64,000 bases of DNA from NCBI GenBank assembly GCA_019057815.1, contig JAHLWR010000013.1:1-64000 (forward strand), in the 5' to 3' direction. The translations under genes and the position numbers were made by a program. A model generated the notes under the pieces. It was not told the DNA's origin, did not search any database, and worked only from the letters and a program-made list of their open reading frames with translations. Below are positions 36,671-47,465 of the stretch, piece after piece (the stretch's first letter is position 1; every line of letters begins with the position of its first letter). The DNA is from Candidatus Heimdallarchaeota archaeon. Its GTDB lineage: Archaea > Asgardarchaeota > Heimdallarchaeia > Heimdallarchaeales > Heimdallarchaeaceae.

Positions 36671-37150
36671 ATGGAATCTCCTATCTCAATTCGTCAAGCT
36701 GAACTTGGAGACATAAATGATATCATTAGAATAAATAGATTGTGCCTTCCTGAAAATTATTCGTTTGATTTCTTCTATAGAATAATCAGTGAAAATGGTT
36801 ATGGTTGTGTTGTGGCAGAAATTAATGAGAAGATTCAAGGATATGTTTTATCAAGAACTGAACGACCTCTTTCTTCATTTATAGGTATTCAATCAATCAA
36901 AGGTCATATTATCTCAATAGCAGTATTACCTCAATATCGTAGAAGCGGACTAGGCACAAAGATGATGAAATATATAATGAATAAGCAGATAGAGCACAAA
37001 ATTGAGATTGTTTATCTGGAAGTAAGAGTTTCAAATATTGCAGCCATAGAAATGTACAAAAACTTGGGTTACTCAATAAAAAAGGAGTTAGGGAATTATT
37101 ACAGAGATGGAGAATCAGCTTTTCACATGGAATGGGGAAAAGAAAAGTAG
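36671..37150 (+). CDS. N-terminal acetyltransferase, Ard1/RimI family
   Basis: CLPENY, GHIISIAVLPQYRRSGLG, LEVRVSN, YYRDGESA. Confidence 0.93.
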   Translation: MESPISIRQAELGDINDIIRINRLCLPENYSFDFFYRIISENGYGCVVAEINEKIQGYVLSRTERPLSSFIGIQSIKGHIISIAVLPQYRRSGLGTKMMKYIMNKQIEHKIEIVYLEVRVSNIAAIEMYKNLGYSIKKELGNYYRDGESAFHMEWGKEK

Positions 37151-37216
37151 GTACAGCTGTTTTCTGCACAGTAATGTAACCATTTTATACTCAAATCTGA
37201 ACATTGAAATGACACC

Positions 37217-40200
37217 ATGACTCTCTATTACCTGGATCAACCTTCTTCTAGCTCGTCAATATATTCTTTCTTAGCTGATGAAATAAAAGATTGGTTCACT
37301 ACAAAATTCCACGCAGGTTTTACTCCACCACAGCTATATACGATACCTTCAATTCACGATAGAAAAAACACATTAATTTTCAGTTCAACTGGTTCTGGAA
37401 AAACTTTTGCGGCTTTTTTAGCTGCTATCAATGAACTATTTGTTGAAGCTAAAAAAGGTACATTAAAAGATCAAATTTATGTTTTATACATCTCTCCTCT
37501 GAAAGCTCTTGGAAATGACATTAAAAAGAATCTAGAGGAGCCTTTACAAGGAATACAAGATTTAGCAGCTTCTAATAATCTCATCACACCAAAGATTAGA
37601 GTTGGAGTAAGGACTGGAGATACACCTCAGTCTGAAAGAGTTAAGATGCTGAAATCTCCACCTCAAATATTAATCACCACTCCTGAGAGTCTAGGTTTAA
37701 TTCTAACATCCCCCAAATTTTCTTTGCATCTTAAGAGTGTTCGTTGGGTAATAATTGACGAGATTCATGAAGTAAGTAACAACAAAAGAGGAACTTTTCT
37801 TTCTTTATGCATTGAGTACTTACAAGCAGAATTAGCAGAAAAAGAATTTACTCGAATAGGTTTAAGTGCCACTCAAGCACCAATCGAGGAAATTGCTCGG
37901 TTTTTAGTTGGACGTAATCTTGATGGGAAAGAGAGGGATTGTTATATAGCTAACCTTCCACCACTAAGAAAATTTGATTTAGAGGTTATAAGTCCTGTTA
38001 AAGATCTTCTTCATACTCCCTATATTCTTGCTCAAGAAGGGATTTATACACTACTCGCGGATTTAATTCTAGACCATGAAACATCGATTGTTTTTACAAA
38101 TACGAGGAAGGGAGCTGAGAATATTGCTTTCAAATTAAAGGAATTTCTAGGTCCAGAATATTCTTCCTCTATAGCAGTTCACCATTCAAGCCTTTCACGT
38201 GAGATTCGTCTAGATGTAGAAGATAAGCTGAAAAATAACGAGTTATTAGCTGTAATATCCTCTACTTCGTTGGAACTTGGGATTGATATAGGTAGTGCCG
38301 AAATAGTTTCGCAAGTTGGTTCCCCGAAATCCGTAGCTAAATATCTTCAAAGAGTGGGAAGAAGTGGGCATAGCATCGATAAAATAGCTAAAGGAAGATT
38401 ACTAGTAACCGATCGTGATGATGCTTTAGAGTGTTCTGTACTCACAAAAAGCACATATATTCGAGATATTGACAAGGTACAAATTCCTGAGAATTGTTTA
38501 GATGTTCTTGCTCAGCTCCTTGTAGGTTTTTCTATTGTTAAGAGATGGAATGTCGATGATGCTTATAAGATGATTCGATGTTCATATAGCTACAGAAATC
38601 TAAATTACGACGATTTCATTAACATTTTAGAATATCTTGGAGGGTATAATTTAGAAATAGAGGAGCGAAAAGTATACCGAAAAATCTGGTATGACCATCA
38701 GGAAAAGGCATTTGGAAAAAAGAGAAACACTCGATTGCTATTTTATACAAACATAGGGACAATACCAGATAATGCTGATTTTAGTGTAGAGCTGGAAACT
38801 TATAGAACTAGAATAGGTAGGTTATCTGAAAGTTTTGTTGAGAAACTTACGACTGGAGATGTTTTTGTTTTAGGAAGTCATACTTACCAATTCAAACGAA
38901 CTGTAGGGTCGAGAGTAATAGTATCTGAAGCTTTTGGACGAAGACCTACAGTTCCCAGCTGGGTAGGAGAGATGCTACCTCGTTCTTTTGAGCTTTCTCT
39001 ACAAATTGGAAGATTCATCGAATTAGTAGCTGAAAAAATCAAGAAAGAAAATCATGAAGAAATCAAAGAATGGATTATGAGCTCTTTCAAAAGCGATGAA
39101 GTGATTGCTAAAACAATAATACAATATATTAATGAACAAGTTTTGTTTTTGAATGCAGTACCATCAGATAAAATGATGCTAGTTGAATCCTTTATTGATC
39201 CTCAAGGAAGAATGAATATTATTTTTCACGCGTATTATGGACGAAGAGTTAACGATACACTCTCTAGATCTTATGCGTATACCATAGGTAAAAAGATTGG
39301 AGCTGATGTTGCTTCAGCAGTTAATGATAATGGTTTTATTCTCATTCTTCCTTCAGATAAAATCATAGATCTCACAGTAATTCCTTCCATGGTCACTTCT
39401 GATAACCTTGAAACTTTGTTAAAACAAGCAATAGTCAATACAGAACTTTTCCAGTTAAGATTTAGACATGTAGCAAACAGAGCATTAATGATTTTAAGAC
39501 ATAGCGGTAATCGTCCAATTCCTGTGTCTAGACAATCACAAAATGCAAAGAGAATTCTCCCCACGATTAAACATGACGAGAACTTCTGTGTAATAAAGGA
39601 AACGTACAGAGAAATACTTCAAGATTATATGGATATAAAAAACTCTATTAGAGTAATAAAAGGACTTGAAAAGGGCGAGATTGACTTCCATATTGCCCCC
39701 TTCTCTGATTTCCCAAGTCCATTTGCTCATGGTATAGTCCTACTTGGAGTTGCAGATGTAGTACAGATAGCTGATAGAAGTGCGTTACTCAGAGAGCTTC
39801 ACCAACACGTTTTACAGAGAGTATATGGAAAAGAAGGGACAAAGGAGATTCTGTTTAGTAAAGAGCTTGTAGAAAGAATTTTCAATAATCGTAGTTATAA
39901 GAATCCTGAATTCCCTATTTCTTCACCGAGGTATTTAAGAAACGCAATCAAAGCTTTAGCTCCTCTTAGGGTAATAGAAAGCCTTCCTCCAAGCATATAC
40001 CATCTAAGTATAGTAGACCCGGAAAAAATACGCGCTTGGACTTTAGATTTGTATAATAGCGGAGATTTAGTCTCAATCCCTATTTCCAGAGACGATAATA
40101 GATCCATTATAATGTTAGATTTTCCATTGTTTTGGAATATATATGTTAAATCTACTGAGTTTGATGATTTAGGTCAAAGTATAATTGTTCTTCTTAAAAA

Positions 40201-42943
40201 GAATGACAAACTATCTTCAAGAGATATTACAAATATCCTTAATGAAACAGATATTCAAGTATTTTCTAGTTTATACAAACTAGAACAGAATTTTCTAATA
40301 ACAAGAATAAATTTTGAATTTTATAGAGGAAAGGTTCAATGGAAGTATACACTAATCGAGAACAAAATACCGAAAGAAATTCTTAACCAAACAAAGAATC
40401 TTGATCCTGAAGAATGTCTTAAAAGAGTTTTACTGAGATATCTAAGGGTTCATGGACCTTCTACAAAGGGTCAGATAGTAGAATATTTGAAAATTGAAGA
40501 AGAAAAAGTAGATAGATCTTTATCAGAGTTTGAGCAAGACACCAAGATTCTGAAAGGTCAATTTGTAGAGGGTACGGTCGACCACCAATATATTACCTTA
40601 GAAGACAGAGAATTGCTAAGAAATTTAAGTAATAGAAGTATAGATTCAATAATACTATCAAATGAAGATTTGAATTATGTGAGGTATCATTTTATTATTG
40701 AGCAATATCTTGACAGAAAAATAACTGGGAAAGAAGCTGTTCTTAATATTTTAGGTGATTTTGGTTCGATAGAAGATTTAAGTTCATTGAATATACGAAT
40801 ACAAAATTTTGATCTGGATTGGTTAAGAAGCTTGATTGGACAGAATGAATTGATTCGTGGACGTTTTGGTCATAATAGATTAGCTTATGTAAGCAGAGAA
40901 GTGTTTCCTCATTATTATTCATCATATGGTGACAAAATTCAGTTTACAAGTGTTGAAAATAAAGTATTATCTACGATTAAAAAGTATGGATCACTGACTA
41001 AGAGAGAAATCAGCGAATATGCAGAACTGGATAGTGATATAACGCAAGAAAGCATAATGTTATTGGATAAAACGTTACATCTAGTTAGGAAGTCGTTACA
41101 TTTTGAGTCTTTTGTTCCTAAGCGTTTCACACCTAATGTATATGATATTTCGACTAAATATCTAAATATAGACACACTACCATCGTACAAAGAGAGTCAA
41201 AAGTTCATACTTTTGAAACATATTCATTCGTTAGGACCCGTTTCAGTTGTGGAGCTTACTCAAGTTTCTGGGTTCAGATATAGTGATGTTGAAAGCATAA
41301 TAAAACAACTTCTAAAAGCAAAGAATGTCACAGAGAAAAAACTAACTGAAAGGGATACAAACTACTATCTAACCAAAGAACGTTATGAACAAATAGTGAA
41401 AATTAAAGCTAATTTGATTAATAATATACAATCAACAAACGAAAGGATAGTGATAATACCCAGAAATGATCCTTTTGCGAAACTCGGATTAAGGATGCAT
41501 CTCCGGGACATCTATGGAGAAGGTCACATTGACCCCATACTCTTGGATGGTTCAGTCATTGGTTCGATTGAATACAAACTTCATCCAGGAAGATATTTAC
41601 AAGTGTATGATTTAAAAATTGATGAGGATATAATTTTTGACTTCTCATTGCTTCAGAAAATCGCAGCAGAATTAACGTCATATATAAGGAATGTTCATAA
41701 AGTTCTAAGTCTCCAAATTGAAGATATTAATGGAAGGTCGATATTATCCAAGAGTAATGGAATAATTCGTGATATTTTCATTAAAACAGGCTTTCGTTTG
41801 ATTCAAGATACATTAGTGGGAGGAGAAACAATCACTCGTGTTTTCAAGAAGGATCTAGTTGAAAAATTCATTATGGATATTTTGTGGCTTAGAATTGATT
41901 ATCCTGCGTTGAACTCTGATAGTTTACTTTCGCTAATTAATCAATTTGGTTGGTTAAGTTTGGAAGGGATATTTGCAAGATTTCCCGACAATATCTCTTC
42001 AGTCACATTATATCTTCTTAATAAATTACTGGAAGAAAAGAAAATAATCTATCTGAGTAATGCTTTCTACTCATTACGCTTTGCTCGTTATAGAAAAAGT
42101 GGATTGAGACGAAGGAAACAAATAAAACAAGAGCACGTGTTAATATATAAACTGATACAAAAAGGGAATTCTACAATAGCTCAACTTACAAATAAAACCG
42201 GTGATTCAATTGTTTCTGTGAGAACAGCTATTAATGCTCTTGAGACAAATGTACAAATAGGTGTTAGAAAGCTTAGTACAACCTTTAAACCCCAAGAATA
42301 CTGGGATTTACAGCATTTTATTCCTGAATTAGAAGGGGAAAATTTAGAGCTGCGTACAAATTACATTTATGATATAGTCAAAAGTTTTGGTGTAGCAACA
42401 GAGGAACAAATTATAGAAAGGGCGTCAATTACAAGTGTTTTGTCAAAAATAAGAGTCAAAGAAGCATTAGCTAAACTTGTCGAAGAGGAAAGACTCTTAG
42501 CCGGAAGATTTGTTGAAGACACCATTCATTTCTTTTATATTACTAAAAAACATTTTGAGGAGTTAGAAATGCTTGAGAAACAGGAAGAATCGCTAGTCGA
42601 ATACATTCCTAAACTAGCTAAAGAGAAATACTACTTACTTCCACCACATGACATTGCAAATGTAATTTTGAGAGATTTGCTTCCAGAACAGTTTGATATT
42701 ACACTTGAAAGCTATAATGTTGTAATAAATCAGAAAATTGCAGCACAATTTAGCTTAGATGATTCTAATCATAAACAGTTCAGAATAAATAACCTGAATC
42801 TAGCTTCTTGGGTTAATACAGAGATGACATTCAATTACATAATAAATGCAGTTCAATCGCTCCCTTCATTTTATCCACTGGAAGTGAAACATATAGTGAT
42901 TGAACGAATTAATGGAATTTCCGTGCTTTCGTTGGTGAAATAA
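37217..42943 (+). CDS. lhr: Lhr-family SF2 helicase with duplicated C-terminal winged-helix (HTH_42/AlkZ-like) modules
   Basis: TGSGKT, SPLKAL, DEIH, GLSAT, LELGIDIG, QRVGRSGH, PSWVGE, PSPFA; ~1000-aa tail with two wHTH-rich modules. Confidence 0.92.
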   Translation: MTLYYLDQPSSSSSIYSFLADEIKDWFTTKFHAGFTPPQLYTIPSIHDRKNTLIFSSTGSGKTFAAFLAAINELFVEAKKGTLKDQIYVLYISPLKALGNDIKKNLEEPLQGIQDLAASNNLITPKIRVGVRTGDTPQSERVKMLKSPPQILITTPESLGLILTSPKFSLHLKSVRWVIIDEIHEVSNNKRGTFLSLCIEYLQAELAEKEFTRIGLSATQAPIEEIARFLVGRNLDGKERDCYIANLPPLRKFDLEVISPVKDLLHTPYILAQEGIYTLLADLILDHETSIVFTNTRKGAENIAFKLKEFLGPEYSSSIAVHHSSLSREIRLDVEDKLKNNELLAVISSTSLELGIDIGSAEIVSQVGSPKSVAKYLQRVGRSGHSIDKIAKGRLLVTDRDDALECSVLTKSTYIRDIDKVQIPENCLDVLAQLLVGFSIVKRWNVDDAYKMIRCSYSYRNLNYDDFINILEYLGGYNLEIEERKVYRKIWYDHQEKAFGKKRNTRLLFYTNIGTIPDNADFSVELETYRTRIGRLSESFVEKLTTGDVFVLGSHTYQFKRTVGSRVIVSEAFGRRPTVPSWVGEMLPRSFELSLQIGRFIELVAEKIKKENHEEIKEWIMSSFKSDEVIAKTIIQYINEQVLFLNAVPSDKMMLVESFIDPQGRMNIIFHAYYGRRVNDTLSRSYAYTIGKKIGADVASAVNDNGFILILPSDKIIDLTVIPSMVTSDNLETLLKQAIVNTELFQLRFRHVANRALMILRHSGNRPIPVSRQSQNAKRILPTIKHDENFCVIKETYREILQDYMDIKNSIRVIKGLEKGEIDFHIAPFSDFPSPFAHGIVLLGVADVVQIADRSALLRELHQHVLQRVYGKEGTKEILFSKELVERIFNNRSYKNPEFPISSPRYLRNAIKALAPLRVIESLPPSIYHLSIVDPEKIRAWTLDLYNSGDLVSIPISRDDNRSIIMLDFPLFWNIYVKSTEFDDLGQSIIVLLKKNDKLSSRDITNILNETDIQVFSSLYKLEQNFLITRINFEFYRGKVQWKYTLIENKIPKEILNQTKNLDPEECLKRVLLRYLRVHGPSTKGQIVEYLKIEEEKVDRSLSEFEQDTKILKGQFVEGTVDHQYITLEDRELLRNLSNRSIDSIILSNEDLNYVRYHFIIEQYLDRKITGKEAVLNILGDFGSIEDLSSLNIRIQNFDLDWLRSLIGQNELIRGRFGHNRLAYVSREVFPHYYSSYGDKIQFTSVENKVLSTIKKYGSLTKREISEYAELDSDITQESIMLLDKTLHLVRKSLHFESFVPKRFTPNVYDISTKYLNIDTLPSYKESQKFILLKHIHSLGPVSVVELTQVSGFRYSDVESIIKQLLKAKNVTEKKLTERDTNYYLTKERYEQIVKIKANLINNIQSTNERIVIIPRNDPFAKLGLRMHLRDIYGEGHIDPILLDGSVIGSIEYKLHPGRYLQVYDLKIDEDIIFDFSLLQKIAAELTSYIRNVHKVLSLQIEDINGRSILSKSNGIIRDIFIKTGFRLIQDTLVGGETITRVFKKDLVEKFIMDILWLRIDYPALNSDSLLSLINQFGWLSLEGIFARFPDNISSVTLYLLNKLLEEKKIIYLSNAFYSLRFARYRKSGLRRRKQIKQEHVLIYKLIQKGNSTIAQLTNKTGDSIVSVRTAINALETNVQIGVRKLSTTFKPQEYWDLQHFIPELEGENLELRTNYIYDIVKSFGVATEEQIIERASITSVLSKIRVKEALAKLVEEERLLAGRFVEDTIHFFYITKKHFEELEMLEKQEESLVEYIPKLAKEKYYLLPPHDIANVILRDLLPEQFDITLESYNVVINQKIAAQFSLDDSNHKQFRINNLNLASWVNTEMTFNYIINAVQSLPSFYPLEVKHIVIERINGISVLSLVK

Positions 42944-45310
42944 ATGACAAAGGAAAATGTTAATTTGTCTCTTGAACAATTAGCAAGATATCTCGCTGAA
43001 AAACAAAACCTAACAAAACAATATATGGGTGTTAACTACAAGCATGCTATATCGATTTCTAAGAATCTTGCGTTTTTCCAAGATTCAGAATCACTTTATG
43101 CACGTATGAGAACTTTTTCCAGTTCTCTTATTCATTCTTTAATTAAGAATAAGCTTATAGTCCAGGCTCCCTTTATCGAGAAAAAGCTTACATATGTTAG
43201 CAAAGATTTGCTTCCATTTTTTTATTTCAGCAATATAAAAGACAATATTGAATACAAAATGCCTGAAACTAGATCAGTTTTGGAATTCATTAAGGAGCAA
43301 TATATTACAACACGTCAGAAGATTGTGAGTAGATTTGGTTTACAAAGAGAAACAATTATGGAAATACTTGCTGAGTTACGAGAAAACTACCAGATATTCA
43401 TGTATTACGATGGTTCAAGGTGGACAATAAACGATTCTGAATCACTTCTACATAAAGGTACTATGAGTCGTTCAACAGCAATAACTGAATTGGTTTTTCA
43501 AATTATCAAAAGTTTTGGACCGATAACTGTACCTCAAGTGATGAAAGTTTTAAATCTCTCCGGAGGTAGAGTAAGTACCAGTTTGATAGATCTTTATGAA
43601 ACAGAGAGAGTAATAAGAGGGTATTTTATTGAAAATTCAAGTTATGAAGCTTTTATAGCAACAGATGAACTGGCACATCTAGAACAGTATATTGAATTGT
43701 ACGAAACGAAGGAAAATGTTGAGTTTCAACTTTTGCCAGCTAATGATCCACTAGTTAGATATTGGTCTTCCGCTGATTTTGCTGTAATGGATGACACCAG
43801 AAGAATATTAATAATGATATCAGGATTACCTATCTGTTCTTTTGATTATAAGGTTATTAATGACAATTTACACGTTCAGAATCTTCTAAAAACAAGTCAA
43901 TATTCTTATTATGAAGAAGAAATAATCAAAAAGGTAAAAGAGTTTGCAGAGAACCAAGGGAAAATACTGGTTTTTCCAAAAACACAGTCAGAAGCTTTAG
44001 AAAATCAAGCTAAACTTTTCTATGAACAACTAAAAAAGAGAAGTTTCACTTCAAGAGGGTCTGAGTTAACTACTAGTCTATCCCACATTAAAGTTCCTCA
44101 AGACACAAGCAAAAGAATATCTTGGATAGATGTTTTTCCATTTATTCATGACCTTCAATATCTCAACAGGAAAAGTGAATTTAAGACTAAACAAGAGCTT
44201 ATCAGAGGTATAAGAAATATAGGAGTCCCTCTTCCAATAAATTCACTTAAAGTTAGGACAAGTAGAGGAAAAGAAAATATCATCACTGATCTTCAAATAA
44301 GTAAACAGATTGCCATAGGAAAATTTGGAGGATTCTCTCGAGGTTTAATCTTGGCATCAGACTATATTTTATATTCCCGATTACGTGCTACAAAATCGAT
44401 TGGTGTTTTCGAGGAAAAAGCCTTAAACTTCATACAACAAAAAGGTAAGGTAAATTTTAAGCAACTTAGAGAAGGATTGAGATTATCAGATAGAGTGATT
44501 TTAGCAACTTTAAGTAGACTTGAAGGTGCAAATGAAGTCATACAAGGTAAAACCTCATCTAATCAAATAGTGTGGTATCCTGTTTCAGACTATCTAAAAA
44601 ACACACAAGTAAAAAGTATCTCTTCTCAAAGAGATGCGTGGTTAGAAGTTATTCACAGAATTCTTTCTACAAATTTACCTTTATCCATCAGGCAAATTGC
44701 AAACATTACAGGTTTATCAAACACACAAGTTGAAATTTATTTGAGGGAGCTTATTGCATCAAAAGGAGTAAGATCAGGTCGTTTTATAGAAGAAAATGAT
44801 ACTCAATACACTACAAAAGAAATAGAGGAGAGTTTAATAGGTTTTCTTTACAAAAAAGAAAGTGAGGTTCCAGAGATAGAAGGAAATGAGGTTCCAGAGA
44901 TAGAAGAAAGTGAAATAATCTATTTACCAAGAGCTGATCCTTTGCTAGTATTATATCGTTCTTTTGTACTTCAAAAATTTAAAACAAGGATTCTGTTTCA
45001 AAGGTCTTTACCTTCAGAATATGGCGAACTAATGTTAATTAATGGGCTTCCCTTCGCAGCAGTGCATATGAAGAAAGTAGAGGGAATAGAATATATTAAC
45101 AACATAGAACTTTTGGCAGGATATGAAGACAATCATACATTAATGCTAATGTTGACTGCAATTAATGATTTTTACAATAAGACAAAGAAAAACGGTGAAA
45201 AGACTATACAAATTAAACAAATAAATGGAGTTCATCTGAAATCCAACGGAGCAAGACACATAATCGCTTTAATGGATGATATGAAAATTGACTATCACAT
45301 TATTCCATGA
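42944..45310 (+). CDS. Winged-helix repeat protein paralogous to the Lhr C-terminal region
   Basis: IIKSFGP, RGYF/SGRF, LPANDPL and LPRADPL, IKQING motifs shared with the Lhr tail; no helicase motifs. Confidence 0.75.
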   Translation: MTKENVNLSLEQLARYLAEKQNLTKQYMGVNYKHAISISKNLAFFQDSESLYARMRTFSSSLIHSLIKNKLIVQAPFIEKKLTYVSKDLLPFFYFSNIKDNIEYKMPETRSVLEFIKEQYITTRQKIVSRFGLQRETIMEILAELRENYQIFMYYDGSRWTINDSESLLHKGTMSRSTAITELVFQIIKSFGPITVPQVMKVLNLSGGRVSTSLIDLYETERVIRGYFIENSSYEAFIATDELAHLEQYIELYETKENVEFQLLPANDPLVRYWSSADFAVMDDTRRILIMISGLPICSFDYKVINDNLHVQNLLKTSQYSYYEEEIIKKVKEFAENQGKILVFPKTQSEALENQAKLFYEQLKKRSFTSRGSELTTSLSHIKVPQDTSKRISWIDVFPFIHDLQYLNRKSEFKTKQELIRGIRNIGVPLPINSLKVRTSRGKENIITDLQISKQIAIGKFGGFSRGLILASDYILYSRLRATKSIGVFEEKALNFIQQKGKVNFKQLREGLRLSDRVILATLSRLEGANEVIQGKTSSNQIVWYPVSDYLKNTQVKSISSQRDAWLEVIHRILSTNLPLSIRQIANITGLSNTQVEIYLRELIASKGVRSGRFIEENDTQYTTKEIEESLIGFLYKKESEVPEIEGNEVPEIEESEIIYLPRADPLLVLYRSFVLQKFKTRILFQRSLPSEYGELMLINGLPFAAVHMKKVEGIEYINNIELLAGYEDNHTLMLMLTAINDFYNKTKKNGEKTIQIKQINGVHLKSNGARHIIALMDDMKIDYHIIP
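44862..44908 (+). repeat. Two copies of a 24-bp in-frame repeat (EVPEIE)
   Basis: TGAGGTTCCAGAGATAGAAG repeated at 24-bp spacing; protein ESEVPEIEGNEVPEIEESE. Confidence 0.85.
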
Positions 45311-45356
45311 ACTGCCGCTACCTAAAGAAGGGGGACTTCTGCAACGTTCAGATAAA
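45308..45356 (-). mobile_element. IS200/IS605-end-like miniature remnant (PATE-like); a second, interrupted copy lies at 27507-27525 plus 29329-29358
   Basis: TGAACTGCCGCTACCTAAAGAAGGGGGACTTCTGC is 29/35 identical to the rejoined copy; on the minus strand it ends in TTCA and is preceded by TTTA in both copies. Confidence 0.55.
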
Positions 45357-45407
45357 TCAAAACTTAGAGGGATAGATTTTTTATTGAGAAAAATAAAGTT
45401 ATTGTTG

Positions 45408-46250
45408 ATGATACGACATGCTCAAGTTGCTGGAACTTTTTATTCTAGAGATGAAGATTCTTTAATAAAAGAAATAGAATCGGCTTTTACTTGCCCTTTA
45501 GGACCTGGAGAACTTCCAAAGAATGAAAAAAAAGAGGGACTTACACCTTTCTTTGTAGTTCCACATGCAGGGTATATGTATAGCGGATCTGTTGCTAGTT
45601 GGAGTTATTTGGAACTAAGCAAATTCCAACAACCACAGACAGTCATCATTCTTGGACCAAACCATCATGGGATCGGACCAGATATTGCTTTTCCTGAAAA
45701 GGTTGAAACGTGGGAAACTCCTTTTGGTTCAGTAGAAATAAATCATAAACTCATAGATAAAATCTCAGATATTTATCCTTCTGCAAAAAGAAACGATTTA
45801 GCTCATCAAAGAGAACACTCAATTGAAGTGCAATTACCATTTTTACAGTATATTTATAGTGAACCTTTCAAGCTTATTCCAATTGGTTTAAAAAACCAAA
45901 ACTACGATGTCTGCTTAATACTGGGTGAAATATTAGCAAAAGCGTGTGAAAAAGAAGATATTGTGATTATTGCTTCTTCGGATTTGACACATTATGAGTC
46001 TCATGATAAAGCAAAAGAAAAAGATTTGCAAGTTCTTCAAGCTGTAGAAGAAATGGATACGAAGAAATTATATGAAATAAAATTAGATTTGAATGTCTCA
46101 ATGTGTGGTCATGGGCCAATTGGTGTAACAATTGAATCAGCAAAAAGAATGGGAAGATCTTCTGGAAAAATCTTGAAATATGCAACATCGGGAGATTCTT
46201 CGGGAATTAAAAACCAAGTAGTAGGTTATGGTTCAGTAGTTTTTTACTAA
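45408..46250 (+). CDS. MEMO1-family protein (AmmeMemoRadiSam protein B); start moved to ATG 45408
   Basis: IRHAQVAGTFY, PHAGYMYSG, GPNH, EHSIEVQLPFLQ, ASSDLTHY, SMCG, VVGY. Confidence 0.93.
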   Translation: MIRHAQVAGTFYSRDEDSLIKEIESAFTCPLGPGELPKNEKKEGLTPFFVVPHAGYMYSGSVASWSYLELSKFQQPQTVIILGPNHHGIGPDIAFPEKVETWETPFGSVEINHKLIDKISDIYPSAKRNDLAHQREHSIEVQLPFLQYIYSEPFKLIPIGLKNQNYDVCLILGEILAKACEKEDIVIIASSDLTHYESHDKAKEKDLQVLQAVEEMDTKKLYEIKLDLNVSMCGHGPIGVTIESAKRMGRSSGKILKYATSGDSSGIKNQVVGYGSVVFY

Positions 46251-46319
46251 GAACCATTAAATAGAGATAGATATGTTCATTAACATTAATAAATAAATAT
46301 CTGTGTGAGATAAACAATT

Positions 46320-46835
46320 ATGAAAAGTCAAACCATAAAAAAAGTAGTCTTAATCGGTGATGCAAGGGTAGGTAAAACATCGCTTATTAAACGCTTTGTG
46401 ACAGGACTCTTTAACCCAACATACCAAATAACCTTAGGAACAACCATAATGAAAAAAGATGTTGAGTACGCAGATAGAACTGTTACACTAAGTTTATGGG
46501 ATGTAGGAGGACAAGAAGTATTTAAACAAATAAGGAGCAAATATTATTATGGTAGTGAGGGAGCTTTAGCAGTTTGTGACGCTTCTAAGAAGATTACATT
46601 CGAAAATCTCACATCTTGGGTTGATTCTTTTAGAAAAGTTGTTGGTGATCAACCTATTGTTTTTATTGCTAATAAAAACGATTTAGCAGGACTAGAAGTC
46701 ACGGAAAAAGATATGAAACAAATAGTTGAACAACACAAAAATGCAACTTTTCTTTTTACTTCGGCAAAAAGTGGAAATAATGCGGAAAAGGCTTTCCAGA
46801 CCATAGTCAATCTGATGATTGAAAGAGAGGAATAA
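46320..46835 (+). CDS. Rab-like small GTPase
   Basis: GDARVGKTS, TLG, WDVGGQEVF, NKND, SAK; no C-terminal prenylation cysteines. Confidence 0.93.
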   Translation: MKSQTIKKVVLIGDARVGKTSLIKRFVTGLFNPTYQITLGTTIMKKDVEYADRTVTLSLWDVGGQEVFKQIRSKYYYGSEGALAVCDASKKITFENLTSWVDSFRKVVGDQPIVFIANKNDLAGLEVTEKDMKQIVEQHKNATFLFTSAKSGNNAEKAFQTIVNLMIEREE

Positions 46836-46852
46836 TAACGCTTTTAAAAGTT

Positions 46853-47326
46853 TTATTCGATTTCTTTTCGTATTAGATAAAGAGATAAAGTTAGTTCTCC
46901 AATACAACCTATTTCACTAATTTTTTCAAAATAGATAGCTGCACCATGATCTAAATCTTTCTTTGATAAACCCGGTTCAGCTCCCCCAAAAACAAGAAGA
47001 ATGGTTTTTCCATCTGAGTATGATTCACTTATGGACTTGGAATCAAATATTTCTTTGGAAAAGGGGCGACGTATGAAAAGATAAACTTCATCAGGAGAAA
47101 GCAACTCAATAGTATCCGAAATATCTTGAAGGTAAAGAAAATTAACTTTCTGAGAGTAAGCAATTTTTTGAGCAATGGGGACACCTGAAGAGGAAGCAGC
47201 GCCACTTGCTTTAGAAAAGACAATATCACGAGAACCTAGACCAGTCGCACTTCTCATAAAATCGCGACAAAGCTGAACACTGCTAAAATTATGCAATTGA
47301 ATAATTAGTTTACCTGATGACATCAA
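46853..47326 (-). CDS. DUF2122-like (SPOUT-fold) archaeal protein
   Basis: LHNFSSVQ, SKASGAASSSGVP, LVFGGAEPGLSK. Confidence 0.65.
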   Translation of the reverse strand: MMSSGKLIIQLHNFSSVQLCRDFMRSATGLGSRDIVFSKASGAASSSGVPIAQKIAYSQKVNFLYLQDISDTIELLSPDEVYLFIRRPFSKEIFDSKSISESYSDGKTILLVFGGAEPGLSKKDLDHGAAIYFEKISEIGCIGELTLSLYLIRKEIE

Positions 47327-47465
47327 AAAATGTAAAGAAGTTCAGTATTTAAAAATCTCCCTTAAGGAGAACAAAAAATAAGCATAACAACGTCACTAAT
47401 GTGATGTTTCAAACAACAAGTCTTAAAAAGAAAAGAAGAACAAATAACAAAATAAAAAAAGGGAG

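Noticed and set aside
45288-45407. 40-aa N-terminal extension of MEMO1
   Set aside because: Overlaps the upstream gene end and the miniature repeat; family homology starts at ATG 45408.
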